Below are positions 53,405 to 63,145 of a stretch of DNA of 64,000 bases, piece after piece. Within the stretch, counting starts at the first letter, position 1, and each line of letters begins with the position of its first letter. The notes under the pieces are model-generated. The model did not search any database and was not told where the DNA came from. It saw only the letters and a list, made by a program, of their open reading frames with translations. Location: positions 49,652 through 113,651 of the forward strand of contig CBDCCZ010000011.1 in assembly GCA_965215005.1 (NCBI GenBank). The letters are read 5' to 3'. Source of the DNA: Kofleriaceae bacterium (GTDB lineage: Bacteria > Myxococcota_A > Polyangia > Haliangiales > Haliangiaceae). Made by a program: the position numbers and the translations under genes.

Positions 53405-54172
53405 CTACAACTTGAATCCGCCAGAGACGTCGAGGCGGTGGCCGGTAATCCACCGTGCTTCGTCCGAGCAGAGGAATGCGACCACTCCGACGACGTCTGT
53501 CGGCATACCGATGCGACTCAGCGCGGTCTGCTGGCCGATATACCCCGGCACCGCCGGCATCGCCTCGAACAGGGGAGCGTTGAAGTCGGTATCGAGCGCG
53601 CCCGGTGCCACTGCGTTGACCGTAATCCCGCGGCTGCCGAGAAGCTGGGCCAGATACACTGTGAGAGTCTCGACGGCGGCTTTGAGCGGTGCATAGCCGA
53701 TGAGCGGGAGGAACGCGTGGTGGGTGGTTCCGGAGCCAATGGTGACGATCCGGCCGCCATCGGATAGCCGCGGTATGAGGCGCTGCAACAAGAAGAATAG
53801 CGACTTGTAGTTGACCTGGTACTGACGGTCGAGATCCTCTTCGGTGAGCTCGCCGAAGGACTTCATCGTCAAGACGCCGGCGTTGGGAATCAGAATATCC
53901 AAGCCCGCATTCCATTCCTCGAGAATGCCGCTCACGCGAGCGCACAAGGCGTCGAGCTGGCCGGTGCCGTTTAGCTCGACTTGCACCGACGCCGCTTTGC
54001 GCCCGCTATTCTGTAGCTCGTCGACAACACTTTGAGCGCGGTCGCGCTCCTGCCGATACGTGAGGATCACGTCCGTGCCTTGGGCACCGAGCCGGAGAGC
54101 GATCTCACGGCCGAGGCCACGGCTGCCACCGGTGATCAATGCGGTCTTATTGCGACTTGTTTGCTGACTCAT
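53405..54172 (-). CDS. Short-chain dehydrogenase/reductase
   Basis: TGGSRGLG, NAG, YAPLK (YxxxK), VNAVAPG. Confidence 0.93.
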   Translation of the reverse strand: MSQQTSRNKTALITGGSRGLGREIALRLGAQGTDVILTYRQERDRAQSVVDELQNSGRKAASVQVELNGTGQLDALCARVSGILEEWNAGLDILIPNAGVLTMKSFGELTEEDLDRQYQVNYKSLFFLLQRLIPRLSDGGRIVTIGSGTTHHAFLPLIGYAPLKAAVETLTVYLAQLLGSRGITVNAVAPGALDTDFNAPLFEAMPAVPGYIGQQTALSRIGMPTDVVGVVAFLCSDEARWITGHRLDVSGGFKL

Positions 54173-55031
54173 GAACTGCCTCCGGGTCCCACTGTGTGTC
54201 AGCAACAGTGGAGGCGTCTTGTACGTTCCTGCGATCGCGACGCTCGACAGCCTGTTTCGCCCCTGGAGCGCTGGTTAAATCGCCTGGTACGATGCCGAGA
54301 ATGCGCCGCATATGGCGGGTGAGATGACTGAGATCGTAGAAGCCGGCGTCATGAGCAGCCGTGGTTGGATCGACCTTGCTTGCCAGCAGTCGACACGCTC
54401 GTTGGACTCGAAGTCCGATGTGATAGCGGTGCGGCGGTTGGCCGGTGCTATTACGAAACAGGTTTGTGAAACGCGACGGTCGCAGCCCCGCGACTGCAGC
54501 CAGGTCAACGACCGAGAGATCCTCTGTGAGGTGGGCATCGAGATATTCGAGCACCCGCGCCAAGGTAGGACGCGCTAGACCGCGACTGGTCGATTCAGAG
54601 TCGCGGGCGGTGGTGAGCCGGCTGAGCAGACGCGAAGCCAGCGCTTCGCGCGTCATCCGGGTTGTCGGCGTTGCCCGCATCAGCGCGATGGCGAGCTGCG
54701 CAGCGGAGGCATCCCGCACGAGAAACTGTGGGCGCAGACTAGTCATGACACGCTGCCATTCGCGCTCATCTGCCACTGTGAGCTCGATGGTGGCGAATGC
54801 GGCATCGACACGATGACGAAAAACGCGCTCCTGGCCGGGAAGCATCAGCTTGAGGTCGCCGCGCACGCTCACACCGCTCCAGCCGCGGTCGGCCCGTTGC
54901 TCGAGTGCCAGCGGCGACCCAAGATAGAGCGACAAGGTCAGCCGGTCAGGCGTGAAGAAATATTCACCGGCCTGGTGCTGACCGAGCTCGATTGCGGCCT
55001 CGGCGACGACGGGGACTGGCGGAACGGGCAT
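54147..55031 (-). CDS. AraC family transcriptional regulator
   Basis: DLAAVAGL..SRF..LFR.STG, GFYDLSHLTRHMRR..G..PG. Confidence 0.9.
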   Translation of the reverse strand: MPVPPVPVVAEAAIELGQHQAGEYFFTPDRLTLSLYLGSPLALEQRADRGWSGVSVRGDLKLMLPGQERVFRHRVDAAFATIELTVADEREWQRVMTSLRPQFLVRDASAAQLAIALMRATPTTRMTREALASRLLSRLTTARDSESTSRGLARPTLARVLEYLDAHLTEDLSVVDLAAVAGLRPSRFTNLFRNSTGQPPHRYHIGLRVQRACRLLASKVDPTTAAHDAGFYDLSHLTRHMRRILGIVPGDLTSAPGAKQAVERRDRRNVQDASTVADTQWDPEAVHESANKSQ

Positions 55032-55583
55032 CGTGTGAGGATATCTGGCACGAACGGATAGTTTGCGAACGAAAGCGGATAAAGGATGCCTATCGACCGA
55101 TAGCTTCGGGACGCTGCTTGCGACCGCTTGTTGGCAAGCGAGTGCTAGCCATGGCTCAGCGAAATGCTAGCCGGCGAGTCCGGCTGATGTTCGATCACTC
55201 GGCCACGAACCTAAAAGGCTATGGAATCGCATCCATGAGGAGATGCCAAAACGGCTCAGCGCGGAATTCTTTCCCGCGACTCCTCAGGCTGCCGGCAACT
55301 TCTTCGGTGCGGGCGCCGTCGCCGGCTCGTCTGCGGCCGCTGCTGGCGCGGAAACTATTTAAAGCTGTTTTTGTAGCCGAGCGTGCGCTGTTGGCCAACT
55401 ATTGCCTCCACCTATGAGGCGGACGAGGCCCTGCTGACAGCCCCAGACGGGCAAGCCTATCGTCATGAGCGCTATGAGATGATGCCGTGCGTCAGTGTCC
55501 TATGAGCACCAACGCGGTGTCGGTGCCGCTTGTCTATTTAAGCGCCTGATGACAGCGTTGTGTTCGCAGCTTGGCGGCTGCAG

Positions 55584-56297
55584 TCACAGGCCATCGAACT
55601 CCCATATGTGCGGATGAGACGGTCCGAACGATGCTTCGATGACTGCAATGTGCTGAGCGGCCCAATCGGTTGGAGCATCGCGAGTGAATCGAAGGAGGTA
55701 CGCGAAACTGAGGCTCAACCCGCTCTCGCCTCCTGATTGCCACGCAACGCCCATCTTCGAGCGCGACTCGCTGACTCGACCGGCGTCGAAGTCGATGAAC
55801 AGCTCCTCAGAGGCGAAGGGAACCCAAGGCGTCGCACCGAGATCTAGGCTGATGTTGAGCTGGTTGCGGTAGCGCCAGTTTTGCCCACTGGAGAACCACC
55901 GGCTTTCGAGCCGGCTGCGGTCGTCGAACTTTGCAGGTCCCAACGTCCAGAGCACGTGAGGCTCGAGCTCGGCGCGGAGCTGCGGTTGGAACTCGCCCTC
56001 GTCGCCCTCTTCGCTAATTGCCGTGGTGCTCAGCGCAAGTTGAAAGTGCTCGTTGAACGTCCACTGCGGGCCGACCCGAAGTAGTAGATAGCGAAGCCCG
56101 ATGCCCTCATCGCCAAACCGTGCTTCTGTCGACCAGCGCAGGTCCTGCGGCAGATAGTAGTCACCATCGGTGATGTTGACTTTTGTTTGACCACCTATCC
56201 ATACTTCTTGGCCGGTTGCTAGCCCGACCGTGAGCAGGTTGACCAAGAGTGAGAGGATGAGTGTCGCTAGCAGTGAAGAATAGTTGGGTCTCGTCAT
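55584..56297 (-). CDS. DUF2490-like outer-membrane beta-barrel protein
   Basis: Signal peptide; DRSRLESR, WRYRNQL, PFASEELF. Confidence 0.78.
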   Translation of the reverse strand: MTRPNYSSLLATLILSLLVNLLTVGLATGQEVWIGGQTKVNITDGDYYLPQDLRWSTEARFGDEGIGLRYLLLRVGPQWTFNEHFQLALSTTAISEEGDEGEFQPQLRAELEPHVLWTLGPAKFDDRSRLESRWFSSGQNWRYRNQLNISLDLGATPWVPFASEELFIDFDAGRVSESRSKMGVAWQSGGESGLSLSFAYLLRFTRDAPTDWAAQHIAVIEASFGPSHPHIWEFDGL

Positions 56298-56529
56298 ATC
56301 GCGCTCGCTCCTACTGACCTCTCGCGCTGGAGTAAGCTCTTTGGGCCAGACGATCTCGCCGAACAGCTGCGGTTGGGGCCGCCCGAAGACAGGATCTAAT
56401 AGGACAGTGAGCAGGTCAGCAGCAAGTCGCATGGACCGAAGATTAGTAAGGCGCGCGGCTTCATGAGCTTAGTCGCCTTGTCCTGCGCTGGCGCTCGCAC
56501 TAGCTGACTATCAGCGCAAGAGTGCGCAG

Positions 56530-57513
56530 TCAGGCTCGCAGAAGTGGTTGCGGCGATGATGCGCGCAGCTTTGACGCCTTCCACCGCTCGACCAGCTCGC
56601 GTGCGGCAGCGGACCAGTCGGGAAGCTCAAACGAGAATCCAGCGTCGAGGAGGCGGCGTGGGATGACGCGCCGGCTCTTCAACAGGAGCTCGGTGTCGGT
56701 GCGCAGGACGAAGGCGCCGATCTTGGCCATCCACTTCGTGGCGGGCAAACCGACTCGGGTACCCCACGCGGCGCGCAATGCGCTCATGAAGTCTCGTTGC
56801 GGAAGAGGCGTTGGCGCGGCCAGGTTTACGGACCCGTGAAGCTGATCGCGCGAGATCAGGAACTCGACCGCGCGAGAGAAGTCGCGGTCGTGGATCCAGG
56901 AGACGTATTGGTTTCCTCCCGCGATCGAACCGCCGAGGCCCCAACGGGTCAGGCCGAGCAATACGTCAAAGATGCCTCCGCGGTCGGGGCTCATGACCAT
57001 GGCGCTGCGCAGCGCGACTTTGCGAGTGTGCGGCGTATTCGCCTCCTGCTGGGTCGTTTCCCATGCCTTGGCGATCTCGATGCTGCGTTGCCAGTAGCTC
57101 GGCGCGTCGGGCTCATCACCACCGATGCGCCCAGTTGCCTCGTCATTGGGGGCATCGAAGCGGTGGGCGTAGATGGTGGCGGTGCTCATTTGTAGCCAAA
57201 CCCGCGGAGGCCTCGGGACCTTTTCAATGGCGCGACCGATGACGCGCGTTGAATCTATCCGCGAGTCCATCATTGCTCGCAGGTTCGCTGCCGTGTAGCG
57301 GCAGTTCACGCTGCGCCCGGCGAGGTTGATGACGACATCGGCGCCGTCTAGCTCTCCTACCCACGGACCCAACGAGCATCCGTCCCACGCCACGACCCGT
57401 GCATCGCTTCTCGCTCCTCTGCTGAGGACGACGACCTCGTCGCCACGCGCTTGCAGCGCCTTGACGAGGACCCCGCCTACCTGGCCGGAACCACCCGCAA
57501 TGACGATCTTCAT
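56530..57513 (-). CDS. TIGR01777 family epimerase/oxidoreductase (YfcH-like)
   Basis: IAGGSGQVG, VINLAG, SRIDST, SWIH, LLLKSRRV.P.RL. Confidence 0.92.
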   Translation of the reverse strand: MKIVIAGGSGQVGGVLVKALQARGDEVVVLSRGARSDARVVAWDGCSLGPWVGELDGADVVINLAGRSVNCRYTAANLRAMMDSRIDSTRVIGRAIEKVPRPPRVWLQMSTATIYAHRFDAPNDEATGRIGGDEPDAPSYWQRSIEIAKAWETTQQEANTPHTRKVALRSAMVMSPDRGGIFDVLLGLTRWGLGGSIAGGNQYVSWIHDRDFSRAVEFLISRDQLHGSVNLAAPTPLPQRDFMSALRAAWGTRVGLPATKWMAKIGAFVLRTDTELLLKSRRVIPRRLLDAGFSFELPDWSAAARELVERWKASKLRASSPQPLLRA

Positions 57514-57662
57514 GGTCTCGGGCCCATCGCTGTTGTCAACATGACTTCCCTCACTTTATTCGATGGTTGACGCCGCCAGCTGCGTCGTCCTTGCTTCTGT
57601 CGGCAGGCTAACCTAGTTTATGAAACAGGAGCCGAGCACTGCGTAGTCCGCGAAGCAGGATT

Positions 57663-58157
57663 TCAGTTTCTGTTCGCCGGTTGGCGGCTGCCGCTCGTAA
57701 GCTGGTCTAAGCGCGCGTACGACGCCTCCATGCCGTGCTCCATTCCCGTTGAGAGCATTGCCTCTCGGGTCTCCGCGTCGGGGAGCGTCATTCGCATGGT
57801 CATGAGCGTCCCGGTTCCATCGGCGGTGAATGTTGTGACGACGTGATTGTCTGGGGTTGGATTGGGCATGTGCATCCGCTCGACGTGGACGATGCGGTGC
57901 GGCGGATCGACCTCGATGAGCTCGCCTGTGAGGTAGAAGCCGCCACCCTTGCCATCAGACCATTCGTAGCGGAGCTTCCCGCCGGATGTTGCTTGGTTGA
58001 CGCAAAATGGCATCGTCCATCCGTCCGGGCCGAGCATCCACTGTTGGATGAGCTCGGGATCCATGTGGGCACGATAGACGGCATCGGGCGGCGCTTCAAA
58101 CCGCCGTCTTACAATGACGATGTTCTCGCCTTCCGTCTGCAGCTGCAACTTGCTCAT
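57663..58157 (-). CDS. SRPBCC/AHSA1 family protein
   Basis: RRFEAPP..VYRA..DPELI.QW, PPHRIV, GME.SY.RLD. Confidence 0.92.
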   Translation of the reverse strand: MSKLQLQTEGENIVIVRRRFEAPPDAVYRAHMDPELIQQWMLGPDGWTMPFCVNQATSGGKLRYEWSDGKGGGFYLTGELIEVDPPHRIVHVERMHMPNPTPDNHVVTTFTADGTGTLMTMRMTLPDAETREAMLSTGMEHGMEASYARLDQLTSGSRQPANRN

Positions 58158-58495
58158 GATTTGTCGTCCTCTCTTACGTGTTGTTTCGCGAGTAAGCGAT
58201 CGAGGCGCTGGTAGTTCTGCTCGAGCGCAGACCGGAGCATCTCCAGGTACTCGTGGAGCTCAGGGAGGCCGCCGGACGCCAGACGACACGGCCGTGTCGT
58301 GCCCTCTACGCGCTGGACGATCAGTCCGGCATCGAGAAGCACCTTGATGTGACGGGAAACCGCTGGTTGCGAGATCGGAAACGGCTCGGCCAACTCGTTT
58401 ACTGTGGCCTCGCCTTTCACAAGACGGGCGAGGATCGCGCGTCTTGTCGGGTCAGAGAGAGCCGCCAGGGTCGTGTTGAGTGACGGCGCCTGCAT
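58154..58495 (-). CDS. ArsR/SmtB family regulator
   Basis: ALSDPTRRAIL, ELAEPF.ISQPAVSRHIKVL..AGLI. Confidence 0.94.
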   Translation of the reverse strand: MQAPSLNTTLAALSDPTRRAILARLVKGEATVNELAEPFPISQPAVSRHIKVLLDAGLIVQRVEGTTRPCRLASGGLPELHEYLEMLRSALEQNYQRLDRLLAKQHVREDDKS

Positions 58496-58612
58496 GAGCA
58501 CTGTATGCAGGAAGTGTTATATAATATCAATATAATTCAGAAGGCTGAGCATTCATGAAGCTCGGTCGGCTCTGTATCATCCTGTAAGGGCTCGATTTTG
58601 TACACAAATTGA

Positions 58613-58634
58613 TACGCAAGAATCCGCTTACGTA
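58613..58634. promoter_or_regulatory. Imperfect palindrome, candidate ArsR-type operator
   Basis: TACGCAAG-N6-CTTACGTA, immediately before the AGGAAGG RBS. Confidence 0.5.
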
Positions 58635-58653
58635 GGAAGGTGAGCCGGTGACG

Positions 58654-58806
58654 ATGCAGAGCCAGCCCAAGATGCGCAGAGCGATTGGTCGTTCGGCGCG
58701 CCGACGCATGCTTGACCTGGTCGCGAGTGGCGACGTAAGCACGCTCGCGGCGAACCTCGAGGTGCGTTGTGGTTCCGCCCGCCCTCTCGAGAAAGACGCT
58801 GAGTAA
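58654..58806 (+). pseudogene. Truncated, degenerate ArsR-like ORF (50 aa)
   Basis: MQSQPKMRRAIGRSARRRMLDLVASGDVSTLAANLEV resembles an ArsR N-terminus but lacks the recognition helix; TAATG overlap with the next gene. Confidence 0.45.
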
Positions 58807-59339
58807 TGACCCCCATCCGCTTCGATGCCGCGGTGCAAGCAACCGGCGGTGGACGACTAATCCTTCGATTGCCTAATGCGGCTAGCAAGAAGCTTCCATC
58901 GCGGGGGCAGGTGGCTGTGCATGGAATGATCAATGGACAGTCATTTAAGATAGTCCTCGAACCCGATGGTGACTTCGGGCATTGGATGGGAGTCGACGAC
59001 GAGCTGCAAACGGCTGCTGGTGTTGGTCCCGGCGATACAGTCACCGTCGAAGTAGAGCCAGTCAAGGAGTGGCCAGAGCCCTGCTTGCCGCATGACTTGC
59101 AAAGCGCCCTCTCGATTGCTCCCCGCGACGTTCAAGCTCTCTGGCGGGCCATCACGCCGATGGCGCGATGGGAATGGGCTCGCTGGATCAACGCAACGAA
59201 GAACTCGACTACTCGCAAGCGGCGCGTCGACGTGAGCATCTCCAAGTTGAGTGCTGGGAAGCGCCGCCCTTGTTGCTTCAACCTCGCGTCCTGCACCGAT
59301 CCGGAGCTGGCGAAGAATGGGAAGCTCAACTTGGGATGA
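58806..59339 (+). CDS. DUF1905 plus YdeI/OmpD-associated domain protein
   Basis: V.G.ING..F, GVGPGDTVTV, P.DL..AL, ITPMAR.EW.RWI...K...TR.RR. Confidence 0.88.
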   Translation: MTPIRFDAAVQATGGGRLILRLPNAASKKLPSRGQVAVHGMINGQSFKIVLEPDGDFGHWMGVDDELQTAAGVGPGDTVTVEVEPVKEWPEPCLPHDLQSALSIAPRDVQALWRAITPMARWEWARWINATKNSTTRKRRVDVSISKLSAGKRRPCCFNLASCTDPELAKNGKLNLG

Positions 59340-59412
59340 CGAGCCAAAGCTGCAAGAGAGGAGGGCTTCATCGCTTCTTGCCCAGTCGCGGTCGCCGGCA
59401 AGCGTCGAAGAG

Positions 59413-59489
59413 CATGAGCCGTCGTGGTGAACCGACGGCTCATGGTCATCGTTCGCCGCACGCGGAGGTCCTCCTCTGCGAGGACCTCC
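59413..59489. repeat. Two perfect hairpins between convergent genes
   Basis: CATGAGCCGTCG-N8-CGACGGCTCATG (59413-59444) and GGAGGTCCTC-N6-GAGGACCTCC (59464-59489); no U-tract. Confidence 0.8.
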
Positions 59490-59589
59490 ATGCTCGTGCG
59501 CGACGAAGAGGAAGCGCGTGAGTGGTCACGGCACGAGTGGCAAGGCCTTCGCCGTCTGGCGAGGGAGCCGTAGGCACCTCAGAAGAGGC

Positions 59590-60162
59590 TCAGCCGCCGG
59601 GGTTGGCGACGAAACACGGCCGTGAAACGATGGAGTTCTCCGGAATCGCCGGGCCCACGCTGTAGGGACCCAAAGCAAGGCTCGGGTACCGTGCCTGCGG
59701 CCCGGGACGCACGATGGTTTGATCGTACAACACCATCTCCACGCGACCCGAATACGCGCTTCCATAGCCGGGCTGAAACGGCTCTTGGCGGATGCATTGA
59801 TACAGACCAGCGATCCGATAGGTAAGGGTGCCGCGGAAGACAGTGAAGTCGGCGATACCATCTAGGTTGGCGTCAGCGGTCGTGAAAACGTCCCCCGTTG
59901 CGTCGGCAACGAATCGAACGGCGGCGACGTCCTCCACCGCAACGAAGACGGGTGCGCCGCGCTCATCTACCAGCCCCTCAAGGAAACCGTCGAGCGCGTC
60001 ATCGAAGCGCACGGTAATGGTGGCAGGGGAAAAATCACCGCCAAATAAGCGGAGCGTTGGTCCGGCCGGCTGATGCGCATTCTGTTCAGCGCCAGCATTC
60101 GTCGCGATGAACAGGAAGAAGATTGAGGCGAGTCGTGTCGTCGTGACGATTGTGCGTTTCAT
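59590..60162 (-). CDS. Hypothetical secreted protein
   Basis: GGAG RBS; signal peptide (IFFLFIATNAGA|E); DANLDG motif; two Cys. Confidence 0.65.
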   Translation of the reverse strand: MKRTIVTTTRLASIFFLFIATNAGAEQNAHQPAGPTLRLFGGDFSPATITVRFDDALDGFLEGLVDERGAPVFVAVEDVAAVRFVADATGDVFTTADANLDGIADFTVFRGTLTYRIAGLYQCIRQEPFQPGYGSAYSGRVEMVLYDQTIVRPGPQARYPSLALGPYSVGPAIPENSIVSRPCFVANPGG

Positions 60163-60324
60163 GTCGTTCTCCGTAAGGGATTCTTGGTCTGCGATGGCGC
60201 ACGTCGTTAGCGCGAGCCAGGTTGTTGCTGGAGTACGCCAGGTGGCCTGACCGGTTACGCACAACCTGCGACTTTGACGGTTATAATTGGTCTGGTTTTT
60301 AGGCCAATGGAATAGCTAATCTGA

Positions 60325-60479
60325 CTACCGCTGCCAGTCCCCGCGCTCAAGCCGGTACACGGCACAGTCATCGGCGCCGAACCGCGGTTCTCGATGTACT
60401 GAAACCCAAGGTGTTCGTAGAAGCGGCGCGCTCGTGCGTTCGCGGCGAGTGGATCGATGACGATGGCTTTTGTAGTTGC
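60325..60479 (-). pseudogene. Frameshifted C-terminal remnant of a GNAT acetyltransferase
   Basis: Two-frame reading gives TKAIVIDPLAANARARRFYEHLGFQYIENR / RFGADDCAVYRLER; N..A.RFYE.LGF is the GNAT C-terminal motif; N-terminus is broken. Confidence 0.7.
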
Positions 60480-60596
60480 TCTTCATGCAAGCGACGAGCG
60501 TATGGCGGCGATGATATCGGGCGCGCTCGTGCTCGTGCTTCTGACACGGCGGGGGCCCCAGGACATTGACCAACGTCTGTCGCGGAGGCTCAAGCC

Positions 60597-61931
60597 GTGA
60601 GCGCGGACTCGAAGTCGGCAGGTGCCCGCGCCGAGCTCGCGCGTGTCGTCGGAATACCGGGGGCGGTGCTCATGGGCCTTGGCTCCATTCTCGGTACCGG
60701 CATCTTCGTCAGCATCGGCATTGCTGCGGGTATCACCGGCCCCTCCGTGGTTCTCGCGGTGGCAGTTGCAGCCGTGGTGGCCACGTTCAACGGCCTATCG
60801 AGCGCGCAGCTAGCCGCGAGTCACCCAGTGAGCGGCGGGACCTATGAGTACGGCTACCGCTACTTGAGCCCAACGCTGGGGTTTACCGCGGGGTGGATGT
60901 TCCTTTGCGCAAAGTCGGCTTCGGCAGCAACCGCAGCGCTCGGCTTCGCCGGCTACATCCTCGTCGCCGCGGGCTACTCGAGCCGCGCGTATCGTGTAGC
61001 GCTCGCGCTGGTGGGCGTCGCGCTTTTGACGATCATCGTCGCCGGCGGTATCCGTCGGTCGAACCGAATCAACACCATGATCGTGGTGCTCACGCTCGTC
61101 GCACTCGCCGGATTCGTGGCGACCGGTCTGCCTTCGACGATTGCCGGAGTCACGGGCAATCTCGATATTTTCTTCGCAGACACCGGTGAAGGGAATGGCG
61201 CTTCGGCCTTCCTTCACGCGACGGCGTTGATGTTCGTCGCGTACACGGGCTACGGTCGCATTGCGACGCTCGGCGAGGAAGTGCACGATCCACGTCGGAA
61301 CATTCCGCGAGCGATCGCTATTACGCTCATGGCTACGGCAATCATCTATGTGCTCGTCGCGTTCGTGGCCGTTGGCTCGGCAGGGGCGGATCGTCTCGCC
61401 GCCGCCACCAAGCAAGCGGCCGCGCCGCTCGAGGTCATCGCGCGCAGCTTCGACCTCCCGGGGGTCGCTTGGTTGGTGGCGGCGGGCGCCGTCACGGCGA
61501 TGCTGGGCGTGCTGTTGAATTTGCTTCTTGGGCTATCCAGGGTCGTCCTGGCCATGGCCAGACGTGGTGACATGCCGACTTTTTTCGCGCGCGTTGACAA
61601 CAAGCGCGCGTCACCAGTGTCGGCCGTTTTGCTCGTAGGCGGCATCATCGCGGTTCTCGTCGCGGTTGGAAGCGTTGAGACGACCTGGTCGTTCAGCGCG
61701 TTCACCGTGCTCGTGTATTACGCGCTCACGAACCTGGCCGCTCTGCGATTGCCGCCGGAGGCTCGACTGTACCCGCGTTGGATCTCGGCGGCAGGCCTGC
61801 TGTGCTGCCTGGGACTGGCGTTTTGGGTCGAGCCGACCATCTGGATTACCGGCCTCGGCCTCATCGTCGTTGGGCTTGTTTGGCACGGTGTTGCGCGTCG
61901 CGTTTCTGCTCGAGCTGCCGCGCAGGACTGA
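60597..61931 (+). CDS. APC family amino acid permease
   Basis: GSILGTGIF, P.SGG.Y, FVAYTGY, EEV..P.RNIPRAI, SR...AMAR.G. Confidence 0.94.
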   Translation: MSADSKSAGARAELARVVGIPGAVLMGLGSILGTGIFVSIGIAAGITGPSVVLAVAVAAVVATFNGLSSAQLAASHPVSGGTYEYGYRYLSPTLGFTAGWMFLCAKSASAATAALGFAGYILVAAGYSSRAYRVALALVGVALLTIIVAGGIRRSNRINTMIVVLTLVALAGFVATGLPSTIAGVTGNLDIFFADTGEGNGASAFLHATALMFVAYTGYGRIATLGEEVHDPRRNIPRAIAITLMATAIIYVLVAFVAVGSAGADRLAAATKQAAAPLEVIARSFDLPGVAWLVAAGAVTAMLGVLLNLLLGLSRVVLAMARRGDMPTFFARVDNKRASPVSAVLLVGGIIAVLVAVGSVETTWSFSAFTVLVYYALTNLAALRLPPEARLYPRWISAAGLLCCLGLAFWVEPTIWITGLGLIVVGLVWHGVARRVSARAAAQD

Positions 61932-61984
61932 CAATCCCTCGTCCAGCCCTTGGGCGTTCACTCTTGAGATGAGCCATCTCTCGA

Positions 61985-63145
61985 CTAGACACGCGCGGCT
62001 CCGTTGAGACCAGCAGTGCTCGCCATGACACTCTTCGCCAGCGCATCAACGCGGTCGAGCTCCACGTCCGTAGGTAGCGATGAGATCTGAACGGCCACGT
62101 CCATGCGAGTGCGGAGCGAGTATGCCTGGATGAGCAATTCATCGAAGGACATCGCGCCGTCACGGATGGCGGAGAGCTCGTCGGCATCGTCGCGTCGCAC
62201 ACGGAGCTCGCCAGTTTCGAGCACTTCGAGGCCCATGCGCATGAGGCGAATCAGGTGCATGGCGTGCTTGGTGTCATAACCATGTTGGCGTTCGAGCGCA
62301 GCGCGGCTCGGATTCCGATGGGAATTCCAGGTCTGGTACGAGTCCCAGTGCTTCATGGCCGCCCGATACTTTTTCTCAGCGTTCAGCGCAGCTACGACGT
62401 TGGGCGTTAATGGGAGCGCGTGCGTGGCTACATCTCGCATGCGCTCATCTAGGTCGTCGTCGGAGGCAGAGAGTATGTCCCTGTAGAACGCCTCCAGGCG
62501 CTCCTGAACGGCGATGCGCGTAGGCTTCGGCATATCGATGTTGTCGATTCCGTAGCTGCGGATCTTGTCGGCGATGCTCTGCTCGATGCGATGTTGGTCG
62601 TCTCTACTGAGAGTGCCTCCAGTGATAGGTAAGCCGAAGTCCTCGCGACAGGGCTTCTTCGTGGGCGGGTTCAGAAGCCACGAGCGGTGCGTCTTGATCT
62701 TCTTTAGCTGCGCCATCGCGTAGCCTTGAAACGTCTGCTGCACCTTCTTCGTAAGAAACCGGTGGCGCTCGTCGTGCAGGCGCCGCCACAGTGGCGTCTC
62801 CAAGACCCAGTCCCGCTCGTCGGCAAACAAGATCTCCAGGGCGTTCGGGTTTGCCGCCGCGCAGAGCGCAACGAACTTAGCGACGTCGAAGATCACGCAC
62901 TCGGTCTGAATGTCGAGGGCGCGCGAAGTGGTCGGGTGGCAATTGACTCGACGAAGTGTGAGTTCCGCCAGCGGCTCGGGCAGCGCCCCCTCGTACTGCT
63001 CGAACGTACGGAACAGCGACAGCCTCACCGAGAGCGGGGCAACGCAGACGCCGCGGAGGTCAATGTCGGAGCCGGTCCGCGCGGTGCCATGTGCCTGACT
63101 ACCAGCAAGAGTGAGGAAGATCGCGTGCTGCTCGAGCGGGAACAT
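61985..63145 (-). CDS. Pol-beta superfamily nucleotidyltransferase (RlaP/PF10127-like, long form)
   Basis: GSQAHG....SDIDLRG, NPNALEILF, GYAMAQL, YDTKHAMHLIRL; TGATG coupling to the upstream gene (alternative GTG start at 63157). Confidence 0.9.
   Translation of the reverse strand: MFPLEQHAIFLTLAGSQAHGTARTGSDIDLRGVCVAPLSVRLSLFRTFEQYEGALPEPLAELTLRRVNCHPTTSRALDIQTECVIFDVAKFVALCAAANPNALEILFADERDWVLETPLWRRLHDERHRFLTKKVQQTFQGYAMAQLKKIKTHRSWLLNPPTKKPCREDFGLPITGGTLSRDDQHRIEQSIADKIRSYGIDNIDMPKPTRIAVQERLEAFYRDILSASDDDLDERMRDVATHALPLTPNVVAALNAEKKYRAAMKHWDSYQTWNSHRNPSRAALERQHGYDTKHAMHLIRLMRMGLEVLETGELRVRRDDADELSAIRDGAMSFDELLIQAYSLRTRMDVAVQISSLPTDVELDRVDALAKSVMASTAGLNGAARV

Noticed and set aside
52723..61931. 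Integron cassette array
   Set aside because: Genes have mixed orientation, and no repeated attC-like sites or integrase were recognised.
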